A stretch of DNA of 64,000 bases, taken from Anaeramoeba ignava BMAN (Eukaryota > Protista > Anaeramoebae). Positions 52,401 through 64,000 of this stretch are shown piece by piece. Location: NCBI GenBank assembly GCA_028826165.1, contig JAPDFW010000083.1:124001-188000 (forward strand), read 5' to 3'. The translations under genes were made by a program, and so were the position numbers. Positions within the stretch are counted from its first letter, which is position 1, and every line of letters starts with the position of its first letter. Under the pieces are notes generated by a model, which had not been told where the DNA came from, did not search any database, and saw only the letters and a program-made list of their open reading frames with translations.

Positions 52401-55400
52401 ATAAAGTCTCAAAAGAAAAGCAATGAGAACAATGAAAATAATGAAAATGATGAAAATGATGAAAATAATGAGAATAACGAAAATAACGAAAATAAATCAT
52501 ATTCTCCTTTTCTTAATCAAATAGAATTGCAATTTAAAGAAAAAATACTTAAATTTTCTCAACAAATTGAAGTTCAAAAACAAACTTCATTCCAAAATTG
52601 GAGTAATATTTGGAAAGGACTTACTTATCCTAGAATGATATGGAATAATTTTCAAAAAACAAAAATGCAAAAATTTGAATGGAGATTAGAAAAGAAAGAA
52701 GATTTCTCAAGAAGAAAATGGAGATTTTTCGCACATTCTCTAATTTCAAAAAAAGAAGAAAAAGAATTTGGGAAAATTCAAGAAAAACAAAATCCCTTAT
52801 TTGAAGTTGAATGCTATCTAGTTGTTCTATCTCAAAAAATACTTGGAAATTTTTCCATCTTTCCATCTCGAGTCAAATTTTTACAAAAGGATCTTGAACA
52901 ATCAAAAATCAAAAATTTGGAATGGAAAATAAGCGATATTATGGAAATTTCAAATCGTCAATTCTATTTACAAGATACTGCAATTGAAATATTTCTTACT
53001 AACAAAAAATCTTACTTCTTTGAATTTAAATTTAACACAAAACTCCGTAATAAATTTTGTTCAGTCATTGTTTCTCAAAATTCTTCGATAAAATACATTA
53101 ACAAATCTTATCAAAAAATATTTAAGAAATCGAAAATTACTGAAAAATGGCAGAAAGGAGAACTTTCTAATTTTGATTATTTAATGCAACTCAATACAAT
53201 AGCCGGAAGAACTTATAATGATCTTTCTCAATATCCTATTTTCCCTTGGATCCTAAAAGATTATAATTCAGAAACATTAAATTTATCAGATAAAAGTATA
53301 TATCGTGATTTATCTCAACCTATTGGTGCTTTGGATAAGTCTCGTCTTCAATTAACTCAAGAATATTTATCTCAAAATGATAAAAACGATAAAGATTTTT
53401 ATAATCTTGGAAACTATAGTTCAATGAGTATGAAATATTTCTATTTTCATTTTTATTTTTATTTTTTCTTTTCTAACTAATTTCATTTTTTTATTTTTAT
53501 TAGAAAATGTTTTATATTATTTATTTCGAATAGAACCTTTCAATTCATTATCAAAGAAATTATTCTCAGAAAATGAAAAAATTTTAAAATCAATTCCAGA
53601 AACTTGGGATAATTTAAAAACAGATATATTTGATTCTAAAGAATTGATACCTGAATTTTATTACTTACCTGAATTTTTGGGATATGATGAAAATAACAAA
53701 AATAATAATGATGAAAATAATAATAATGAAAATAATAATGAAAAAAATAACAAAAATAATGATGATGAAAAAAATAATAATGAAAATAATAATAATGAAA
53801 AAAATAATGAAAATAATAATGAAAATAATGATGAAAAAAATAATAATGAAAATAATAATGAAAATAATAATGAAAACAATAATGAAAATAATGATGAAAA
53901 AAATAATAAAAAAAATAATAATGATGAAAAAAATAATGAAAATAATAATAATGAAAATAATAATGAAAATAATAATGAAAATAATGATGAAAATAATAAT
54001 AAAAATAATAATGATGAAAATAATAATGAAAATAATGTTATACTGCCTAAATGGTCTAGAAATCAACAAGAATTCATCTTCTTACATAGAAAAGCTCTTG
54101 AATCTAAATACGTTTCAGAACATCTTCACCAATGGATTGATCTTATTTTTGGATATAAACAAAGAGGTAAAAAGGCTAAAGAAAGCTCAAATTTGTTCAA
54201 TCCAAATAGTTATGATGCTAAAATAAACGATTCACTAAATGAAGATGAAATGAACCAATTATTTTCTAATATTGAAGAATTTGGACAAATTCCTCCGCAA
54301 TTACTTACAAAAAAACACCCCAAAAGAGGGAAAAATATTAAATATGAATCTTTCCAAATAAATCAAGTTGATGAGATCAGATTGAAACAAATTTCACTAT
54401 TTAAACAGGCAAATAATCCTATTGTTTATCTTGAAATTTCACATGCTCGAAAAGCAATTTTTGCAATTCTCAAAACTGATAACCAAATCGATCAATCAAA
54501 TCAAACAAATCAAACAAACCAAACAAACACAGAAGATCACGGATTAATTCGTTTTGATAACGAAGATTTAAAAAACAATATTTTCTATTTTTTCAAGCCT
54601 TCATTAGAAGGTCATTTATCATCTAACGTTTCGAAAACAATAAACTGCTTCAAAATATCTGGAAACTCCAAATTCTTGTTTGTGGGAGGATATTGGGATA
54701 ATTCATTTGAAATGATAACAATAGAAAATCTGCAAAACAAACAGAAAAAAAGATGGCATAAAGGAGTAGTAACTTGTATTGCTTTTGATGATCCTATTTT
54801 AGTGACAGGTTCTGAAGACACAGTAATCGCAATATGGTATTTCCAAGAATTAAAGGAATTAAAAGAATTTGCAGAAAAACCGCTTTATGTTTTTAGGACT
54901 CACGATGGAATTGTGAATTGTGTTGATATTTGCTTAGAAATTGATTTGTTAGTAAGCGGTTCTCAAGATGGAACATGCAATTTCCATTCTCTTCAGAAAC
55001 GGACTTGCTATAAAACATTTGATTTCCATAAATTTGCTTCATTTGGAAAAAATGTATCAATCAATCTAATCAAAATTAATAAATGCAACTTGGGTGTTCA
55101 AATATATGCCTATTTGCAATCAACAAATTCAACTCCCAAAATTAGTATTTTCTCAATTAATGGCAAGATTCTTCATGTAATTGAACTTGCTTCTGCAATT
55201 AACGATTGGTGTACTTCTCTTGATTTCTCTTTTTTTGTTGTTGGTTCTTCAGATGGATTTGCTTATTTCTTTGACACTTTCCGTTTTAGAAATATTGGTA
55301 AAATCGATTTTAAGAAAAGAATCATTTCAATGAAATTATTTAATTCAAATTCTTTACTTGTTGGACTTGAAACTGGAATTCTTGCTTTTGCCAAATTTTG

Positions 55401-55401
55401 A
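43494..55401 (+). CDS. Large BEACH-domain protein (ConA-like, PH, BEACH, WD40; LYST/neurobeachin class), multi-exon
   Basis: ATG at 43494, then several exons. WPTNGFSFCLWFR (ConA-like), RQFYLQDTAIEIF (PH), WQKGELSNFDYLMQLNTIAGRTYNDLSQYPIFPWIL, KELIPEFYYLPEFL, HRKALESKYVSEHLHQWIDLIFGYKQRG and EFGQIPPQL, followed by WD40 repeats. Frameshifts occur in QN/EN tracts. Exact 5' exon boundaries are less certain. Confidence 0.88.
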
Positions 55402-55549
55402 ACCAATTTTTTTTTTTAATCTTTTTAATCTTTTTTTGTTTTTGTTTTTGAAAACCGAACAATTTTTGGAAAGAAAATTGAACTAAAAAAAAAAGAGAAA
55501 GAAACAGATCAAAAGAGGAATTATTATTGTTATTATTTTCTGTTTTGAA

Positions 55550-58500
55550 TTAATTTTGTTTTGTTAAAACTAATTGATATTGCAAATTCATTTGTTTTGA
55601 ATATCCAGTCAAATTCTGATTCAAATGTAAAATTGATAAAGATAAACTCATCCATTTTTCAGCCTCTTTAAATTGATGAAGTCTAAAAGAAACAACACCA
55701 TTATTCCAAGAATTTGCAATAAACCATAAATCATCAAGTTCTTCTCTTTTAGAATCATTTTTTTCTTGATTATTTTGGTCTTCTTTCTTGATCTGAATCC
55801 ACTTTTCAAAAAAAGGGAAAGAAGCTTGAACACTTTCACTAATCTCAATAAGTTGACGAAGAATCATTGCAATTTTGATTAGATCAACCTTGGATTGAAC
55901 TAAATGCATTGAAAGAGCATTTTGTAAAGCAAAATTGCATACTTCCAAATTCTTTGATTTTTCTGAAAAACAAATAATTGCCATTTGTTCAAATAATTCA
56001 GGAGAAGCAATTCCATGTGGAGGTTTTTCTACTAATTGAATAAGATCAGAAGAATTCAAAATGGCTTTGCATTCAAACTCTATTAAATGTAACATAAATC
56101 TGATCTCTTTTAAAGTGAATTCTTTTTGTGAAATTTCTTCCTTTTCTTCATTTTCTTGTTCAAATCTATTTTTAACAATTCTTATTGGAGAAGAATTTTT
56201 TTCTCGTTCAGATCTTGGAAAAGAATGCAACGAATTTTGTTGTTTTCTTATAATTTCTTGGCTTTTTTTTACAAAATTCAAAGTTAGTTGAATCATTTCA
56301 TTTGGAATATTTTCAGATTCTAAAACGCAAAAAGAAGCTCCAAGAAGACAATTTTGTCTGAAATTAAGAATACTCGGTGATTCATGAAGAAAACTTGCAA
56401 ATTCACTTGCTTGATAAAATAATTGGGATGAAATTTGCCATTTTTTTTTCTGGGAACTGATGAGGGCAAGATTCCAAATTCCAAAAGATAAAAATTCAAG
56501 TTCTTTGTTTGGAATTTGTTCGTCTGGAAGAAAAAAATTATCAATACCAAATTGATAAATAAATGACAAAGATATTTGAAAAGCTTGAGAAATTTGAGCA
56601 AAAGTGATTTCATTTTCGTTTCCATTTTCAAAAAGATCTTCTTCTAAAGAAAGTGAAAGTTGTAAAATTGTAGAAATTATCATTGAAACTGGAACTTTCT
56701 CTTGATTATTTTGATTATTTTGATTATTATTTTGATTATTATTTTGATTATTATTTTGTGATTCAAGTAATTTAATAAGTGCACTAATGGCAAGTGTTTC
56801 TTTTTTTGTTTGATGAGATAGTTGAGCAGCAAGCCCAAAGAACTTTGTTTCAAATCCATCACTTCGAGAAAAAAGGGAAAGTTGTCTAAAAGCTTCTGAA
56901 ATTATTCCATTTGCTAGAGCTGCTTGAAAAAGGGAAAATCTTGTTAGAATTGATCCACTTTCAATTTCTTCAACTCTTCTTGCTGTTTGAAGCGCTATCT
57001 CTGGTTGATTAGATTCTATTTGTGCTCTTGAAATGATCCTTAAACTTTTTGCTCTATTAATTGTATCATCAAGTGGAAGAATTTCAAAGGATGTTTTTAT
57101 CCATTTAATACTTTTTTGATATTCTTTTTTTGCAAAATTTTTGGCTGTTTGATTCCAAACTAAATCATGAAAATGCATTAAAGATTCTGAATCAAGTAAG
57201 ATTTGTTTTTTTTGATGATCTAAAAAGAACAATTAAATCAAATCAAATTAAATTAAATCAAGAAATAAGATTTTCTTTTTCTTTTTTTTTTGTTTACTTT
57301 GAGAAATTAAAGATCCAAGTTTAAAAGCTTCTTCTTCATTAAAATCATTTGAAATTAACATGATCTCAAATTTTTTCATTTGAATTTTAATTAAATCTTC
57401 TTCATTTTCTTCTAATTGAGTTTCCAAATAATCTAATCCTTTCATTATTAAATTTGGTTGATCTTTAATTAATTCGCAAGCTGATATTGCCCTAAATAAT
57501 AATAAAAAAAAAAGAAGAATAAAATTAAAAAAAAAAGGAGAATTCCACTTTTTTTTTTTGGTTTTCTTTTACATTTGAGAATTAATTTTTGGATTTTTTA
57601 TCAATTCATTAAAGATAATTTCTGTATCTTGTTTTCTATTCATTTTTTGAACAATTTTAAGATGAAGAAAGATTCCAGGAAGAGTTTCTAAAGTCTAAAT
57701 AATTTTATTTTTATTTTTTTTTGGATTTTTCTTTTGATTTTTTTTTTCTTACTTGATTTGCTAAAATGACTGAATTTAAAGCTTCTTGATTTTTCCCTAA
57801 TTCTAAAAAACAATGAGAAAGTAATCTTAAAGTTCTTGATTCTTTTTCAGGATTTCTTTGAGGATCTTTTAAAGAAATTTCGAAAGATTCATGAAGAAAT
57901 TTAATTGCTTGTAAATAATTTTGTTGTTTGAAAGAAATTAATCCATAATTCCAACAAGTTATTGTTAATTGTTCAATGAATTCTTGGATATGAGGAAGAA
58001 TTTCATTTTTTGCTTTCAGAACACATTCTAAACACAAATCAAAATTTGAAGTTTGCCAAGCATTTTTAAGTCTCCAAAAAATGACTTCAAAAAAAGAATT
58101 CCATTTTTTATGATTATTTTTTAAAAGATTTCCTTTTTTTTCTAAATGAGAAATTGAGGTTTGAAAGCAAGTTTCAGCCATTTCGAAATTATCACAATCC
58201 ATCCAAGCTTTGCCAGTTCTTGAAAAAAAATTAATAAGAGTAAGAGCATGATCAGGAGTTTGAACAGAGAGTAATGACAAGATATTACAAGCTAAATGAC
58301 GAACTTTTCCAAAATCAAAATCAAAATTAAAATGAAAATCAATATTAAAATCAAAATCAATATCAATATCAATATCAATATCAATATCAATATTGAAATC
58401 AATATTAAAATCAAAATCAATATCAAAATTAAAATAAATATCAATATAAATATCAATATCAATATCAATATCAATATCAATATCAATATCAATATTAAAA

Positions 58501-59507
58501 TCAATATCAATATCAAAATCAATATCAATATCAATATCAATATAAATATCAATATCAATATCAATATAAATATCAATATCAATATAAATATCAATATCAA
58601 TATAAATATCAATATTAATATCAAAATAAATATCAAAAATGAAAATTACTTTCACAATTCAAAAAAGTTCTATTTTCTTTATTTTTTAATGTAATTCCTA
58701 AATTCCAAAGTCTATATCCAAAATCCCTCATTTTTTTTTCTTCTAAATAATTTATATCAATATCTCAATCGAAATTATTTCTTTTTAAATCATCTAATTT
58801 TATTTTTGAATTTTAAATAATTTCTGACATTTTGTTTTTAAAAAGGAAAAAGAAAGAAAAATAAAGATTAAATATTTTATTTTGATTTTTAATTTGAAAT
58901 GTTTAAAAGATCAATATGTCAAATTTGAAGAGAAAATTTGTTTTTGTTTTGATCTAATTTTTAAAAAGAGAAAAATTTTATTATCTATTTGTTTTTGTTT
59001 TTGGTTGTTAATCATCATCTTCAATGTCATCTTCATCTTCATCTTCATCAGGATCTTTTATCAATATCTTGAACATCATTATTATCTTAAATATCAATAT
59101 CAATATCAATATCAATATCAATATTAATATCAAAATCAATATCAATATCAATATCAATATCAATATCAATATCAATATCAATATCAATATCAATATCAAT
59201 ATCAATATCAATATCAATATAAATATCAAAATTAATATCAATATTAAAAATGAAAGTTACTTTCACAATTCAAAAAAGTTCTATTTTCTTCATTTTTTTC
59301 TTCTTTATTTTTTAATGTAATTCCTAAATTCCAAAGTCTATATCCAAAATCCCTCATTTTTTTTTCTTCTAAATAATTTATTGGAGGTAATTCTGAAATT
59401 ATTTCTTTTAAATCATCTAATTTTATTTTTTGAATTTTATTGTGATTAATATTATATTCAAATTTGGAAATTTGATTTTCAATCTGATCTAAAATAATTT
59501 CTGACAT
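55550..59507 (-). CDS. Meiosis-specific TPR protein ZIP4/SPO22/TEX11-like
   Basis: Exon 1 59507-59261 (GYRLWNLGI) joins the exon starting at 58303 (IRHLACNILSL...FFSRTGKAWMD...CWNYGL...AIKFLHESFEI...RTLRLLSHCFLE). It continues HDLVWNQ...KEYQKSIKW...RAKSLRIISRA and ends LWFIANSWNNGV...AEKWMSLSL, the TEX11/ZIP4 motif order. Confidence 0.78.
58590..59090. repeat. Degraded direct tandem copy of ~59200-59790 (ZIP4 exon 1, intergenic DNA and the NPL acidic tail)
   Basis: Near-identical strings such as ACTTTCACAATTCAAAAAAGTTCTATTTTC and TCTTCAATGTCATCTTCATCTTCATCTTCATCAGGATC occur twice. The left copy has internal deletions. Confidence 0.85.
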
Positions 59508-59712
59508 TTTTGTTTTTAAAAAAAGGAAAAAGAGAAAGAAAAATAAAGATTAAAAAATATTTTTATTTTTGATTTTTAATTTGAAATGTTTTAAAAGAGA
59601 TGTGTAAATGTCAAATTTGATGAGAAAATTTGTTTTTGTTTTGATCTAATTTTTTTTAAAAAAAGAAGAGAAAAATTTTATTATCTATTTGTTTTTGTTT
59701 TTTTTTTGGTTG

Positions 59713-59939
59713 TTAATCATCATCTTCAATGTCATCTTCATCTTCATCTTCATCAGGATCTTTTATGTCATCTTGAACAACATTATTATCTTTAATATCA
59801 TCATTGGCGTCATTATTAACATCATCGTCAATGTCATCTTTATTTTGATTTTCTTGAATGTCATCATCATCATCTTCAATATCATCATCTTCAATGTCAT
59901 CATCTTCTTCTTCTTTGTTGTCATTTTCACTGCCACTAT

Positions 59940-59971
<32 letters not shown>

Positions 59972-61121
59972 TCTTTTTCTTCTGCTAATTCAGGTTCAAA
60001 ATATCCTGAAAGGTGAACCGCACTATTTCCTTGAACTTTAAAAATGATAGGTTCACCTTTTTTTCAAATTAAATATAAATTAAATATAAATTAAATATAA
60101 ATTAAATATAAATCAAATATAAATTAAATTAAATTAAATATAAATCAAATATAAATCAAAATCAAAATCAAATTATAAATCAAATCAAATATAAATATAA
60201 ATTAATTATAAATTAAATATAAATATAAATTAAATCAAATATAAATCAAATCTAAATTAAATATAAATTAAATATAAATCAAATATAAATTAAATCAATT
60301 ATAAAATAAATCAAATTATAAATCAAATATAAATCAAAATCAAATATAAATCAAATTAAATATAAATTAAATATAAATTAAATATAAATTAAATCAAATA
60401 TAAATTAAATCAAATATAAATCAAATATAAATAAATAAAATAAAATAAATATAAATTAAATATAATATAAAATAAATATAAATATAAAATAAATATAAAT
60501 AAAAATAAAAATAAATAAAAATAAATATAAAATAAAAAAAATTAAATATAAATAAATTAAAATATAAATAAATATAAATTAAAAATAAATATAAATATAA
60601 ATCAAAATTAAATATAAATATAAAATTAAATAATTAAATCAAATATAAATTAAATATAAATCAAATATAAATTAAATATAAATTAAATATAAATTAAATA
60701 TAAATTAAATTAAATATAAATTAAATATAAATTAAATATAAATTAAATATAAATTAAATCAAATATAAATTAAATTAAATATAAATTAAATCAAATCAAA
60801 TTATAAATCAAATTAAAATATAAATTAAAATATAAATCAAATCAAAATCAAATTATAAATCAAAATCAAATTATAAATTAAATATAAATTAAATATAAAT
60901 TAACCTTTCACAAAAATTAAATCTAATCGGCAAATCTCCTCTGTAAATCTTTTAAGAGTACAAACAAGATGTTCTTGTTCTTCAATTTCAACTAAAAGCG
61001 CAACTCTTTCATCACTTGTTGATTTTGGATCAAAAGTTGCTTGTGTCAACCTTAAATTTGAAGGAAGGTTGAATTGTTTTGATGTATCTCCATCTATAAT
61101 TGCTCCCCAAAATCCAATCAT
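59713..61121 (-). CDS. Nucleoplasmin-like (NPL) domain histone chaperone with an acidic tail
   Basis: Exons 61121-60905 and 60056-59713. MIGFWGA...LRLTQAT...LVCTL...LDLIF..GEPIIFKVQGNSAVHLSGYF is the NPL fold of FKBP39/Fpr3/HD-tuins, followed by a D/E-rich tract. Confidence 0.85.
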
Positions 61122-61580
61122 TTCTTGTGTGATTGTTAATGATAATGTTTTGGTTGTTTGTTAATGATATTTTTTCTTGATGATAATCTTTTTTATTTTC
61201 ATTTTTATATTTTATATTTTATATTTTTGTTAATAAAATTTATTTCATTTGATTTAATTTTTCTTCACAATTCTGATTTCTAAATTTTGATATTTTGATA
61301 TTTTGTTTTATATTTATATTTTAAATTATAATTATATTGAAATTATATTTAATTATATTTAAATAAATTTAATTATATTTAAATATTTCGTTATTTTATA
61401 TTTTTACTCCAAATAAGAAATAAAAGAGAAATGAAAAAAGAGAAAAGAAAAATGAAAAATGAAAAATGGAAATAATTAAAAAAAAATTTTTTTCTTTTTC
61501 TTTTTCATCTTTTTTATTTTTTTTTCATTTTTCATTTTTTTCATTTTTCATTTTTTTCATTTTTTTCATTTTTTTTTAAA

Positions 61581-64000
61581 ATGATTACTTTTTGGAAACA
61601 TAAAGGACAAAAGAGAAACAAAACAGTTTTCCAATTTGCTTTTATTTTTTTATCAAAATTTTCAATGATAGAAGAAATTGTCTATTTAAAATGGTCAAGA
61701 GGAGGAAGAAAAGGAATAACAAATGAAACTTTTGTAAATGAATCTGGTTATGCTCGATTCCAAGAAGAGTTTTCAATTCCAGCAACTTTATTTTTAGATT
61801 CAAAAACTGGAAAATTACTTGAGAAAACGTTAAGTATTTCAATTTTTAGTGTTAGTATAATTATAATTAAAATTATTCTTCTTTTTTTTTTTAGAATTTA
61901 GAACAAAAAAAAAACAAAAAAGCAAAAAGATTTTTTTTTTGCTTTTTTGAAACAACAAAAAAATTAAGAAGAAAATAATTCTTATTAAATTTTTATAATT
62001 TTTTTATTATTAGAAAAAATCAAATTTTCCAGTTGGAAAAATTCATATTTCTATCTCTAAAATTTATCCAAATGAAGAACCAAATATTGAAGAATATCCA
62101 ATTCAACTTAAAAATGAAAAAGTATATCAACCAACTCTTGTGATTGCAACTCGACTTACAACAAATAACAAATTTAAAATTCGACCAAATTTATTAACAA
62201 TACCAATCATTCTTGAAAAAATTGATTATTTTGAAGCCAAAAGAAAAGGAGAAGAAAGAGAAATTTATTCATCTCAAAAATATTCAGAATTCACTAATTT
62301 AACAAGTTTAGTTTCAATAACAGAATATGGTTCAGAAAGTGAAAAACAAAGTGATTTAGACAGTAAAGAAATTGATAACGAAAATTTTCCTGCTCTTTTA
62401 GAAGATCTCCAAAAACTTCAAAAACATTATGAAGATCTTAAACTTCATGGAGCAAATACAAAAAACGGTGAACAAATAACTGAAACAACACAACCCAAAA
62501 AAATAATAAAAGAAAAATCAGTTCCAGTAATCATATCATCTCCATCTTCAAAAGAATTAAGTTCTTTTAGTGATGATTTACTTCCTAAGGATGATAATAA
62601 TAATGAAAATAATAACAATAATAATAATAATGAAAATAATGAAAATAATGAAAATAATAATGATGATTTACAACAAAATCAATTTGAAATATCACAAGAA
62701 AAAAATCAAAATCAAAATCAAAATCAAAATGAAAATCTTGACAAAATTCATAAAATAAATGATTTCAAAATTGAAAATAAGCCACCAGTAAACATCAATA
62801 ACATTTATTCAGATATTGATTTAGTTTTTGAGTCTGTTGACGAATCTCAAAATTTTGATCAATTACAATCACAATTTGAACAGAAACAAAGTTCATTAAG
62901 TAGAGAAGTAGAAAGCATACAAACATCTCAAAGAACTGAATCAGCTAAAAGAAGAAGGTTGATTGAAGAACAAAGAGATGGAATTGAAAAAAATAAATTG
63001 AAGATTATCCGTCTTAATGGACAATTACGTTTAATAGAGCTTTTAAGAAAAGAACGTTTTTTAATTGAAAACACCCTTTATTTTAATGAATATGGTTTTT
63101 CAAATGGATTTCCTATTTCAGTTTGTTTGATTATTAAGTTTTTAATTAAGTTTCAAGCTTTTTCCTTTCAAAATCAAATTTTATCTTCTGAAATTGCAAA
63201 TTCATTTAAATTACTTATTCGTGTTTCCAGAAAAAGTGAAGAAGAAATTGTTAAATTCACTTCTTTTTTGTTTTTTTTTCTAAATTGGGTATATCAAGAA
63301 ATTAAAGAAGGAATTGATTCAAAACAAAATCAAAATCAAAATCAAAGTGAAAAACAAAATCAAAATGAAAATCAAAATCAAAATCAAAATCAAAATCAAA
63401 ATCAAAAGTGAAAATCAAAGTGAAAATGAAAATCAAAATCAAAATCAAAATCAAAATCAAAATGAAAATGAAAATGAAAATGAAAATGAAAATGAAAATG
63501 AAAATAAAAATGAAAATCAAAATAAAAATGAAAATGAAAATGAAAATCAAAATGAAAATGAAAATGAAAATCAATTTGAAAAACAAAAACAAAATATTAT
63601 ATATCAATTTAAAGAAGAAATAATAGATCTATTTTCTGAAGTATTAAGTTATTACCTTGTAGTAATCTCAAACCAAACAAAATTTTTTATTCGAAGGATA
63701 TTTTTCGGAACATTAAATCGAAAAAGCAAATCTCAAAAATCAAGATATGAAAATCCCAAAGAAAGAGAAAACCTTTTAGATTACTTTTCAGTTGAAGAAT
63801 TAATCAATCATTTAGAAGAAATAATTTATACACTGAGTTCAAATTTTATTCCAAATGAAATAATTAATATATTTCTTGATTATCTTTTTGAAATTGTTGA
63901 TGATGCAATTATTTCTAAATTATTAATTTTCTCAAGATATTGCAACAAAGAAAGAGGAGAACATATTGATTTATGTATTTCAAAAATAGATGATTGGTGT
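61581..64000 (+). CDS. NT-C2 (EEIG1/EHBP1-type) domain protein with coiled coil and possible Dilute-like C-terminal region, 3'-partial
   Basis: Exon 1 has VYLKWSRG...ARFQEEFSIPATLF...EKTLSISI, which is NT-C2-like. It continues from ~62014 through ORF 62140-63411 and, after a slip in the QN/EN repeat, to the window end. Confidence 0.6.

Noticed and set aside
1-64000. Alternative genetic code, inteins, transposons, tRNA/rRNA genes
   Set aside because: Conserved genes translate cleanly with the standard code and end in TAA, TAG or TGA. No Hint, transposase or RT motifs or structured RNA genes were recognised by eye; a covariance-model search was not possible.

Overview
Very AT-rich, intron-containing eukaryotic genomic DNA from an anaerobic protist. 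A nuclear, spliced [FeFe]-hydrogenase maturase HydG implies hydrogenosome-type organelles. The overall style is consistent with a free-living metamonad such as Anaeramoeba, but that is inference. About 20 tightly packed protein genes were reconstructed by hand: NIP30/FAM192A-like, a small membrane protein, RPS25, two tandem GPR1/FUN34/YaaH acetate channels, CDC26, beta-COP, a 7TM-RGS, HydG, USB1, thioredoxin, NUP42-like, an ankyrin-BTB gene, a Cdc123-like ATP-grasp, PLAC8, SPB1, a BEACH-WD40 protein, ZIP4/TEX11, a nucleoplasmin-like protein and an NT-C2 protein. Many introns are swollen by microsatellites, and most ORF-track entries are repeat artefacts. The main discovery is invisible in the ORF track. 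The ankyrin-BTB gene at 28984-33520 (minus strand) has one exon per ankyrin repeat, and the repeats are separated by 20 single-codon (3-nt) microexons, each with its own AG acceptor and GT donor. These codons supply the two hypervariable beta-hairpin residues (D-x-x-G) of the repeats. All 31 introns are phase 0, so the gene could act as a modular, splice-diversifiable substrate receptor. Other notable points are an ATG split by an intron (PLAC8), an Inr-like TTTTCATTTT element in front of most genes, A-rich acceptor sites, and a WH2-like motif fused to a Cdc123-like ligase. All exon models are hand-derived and need transcript confirmation.
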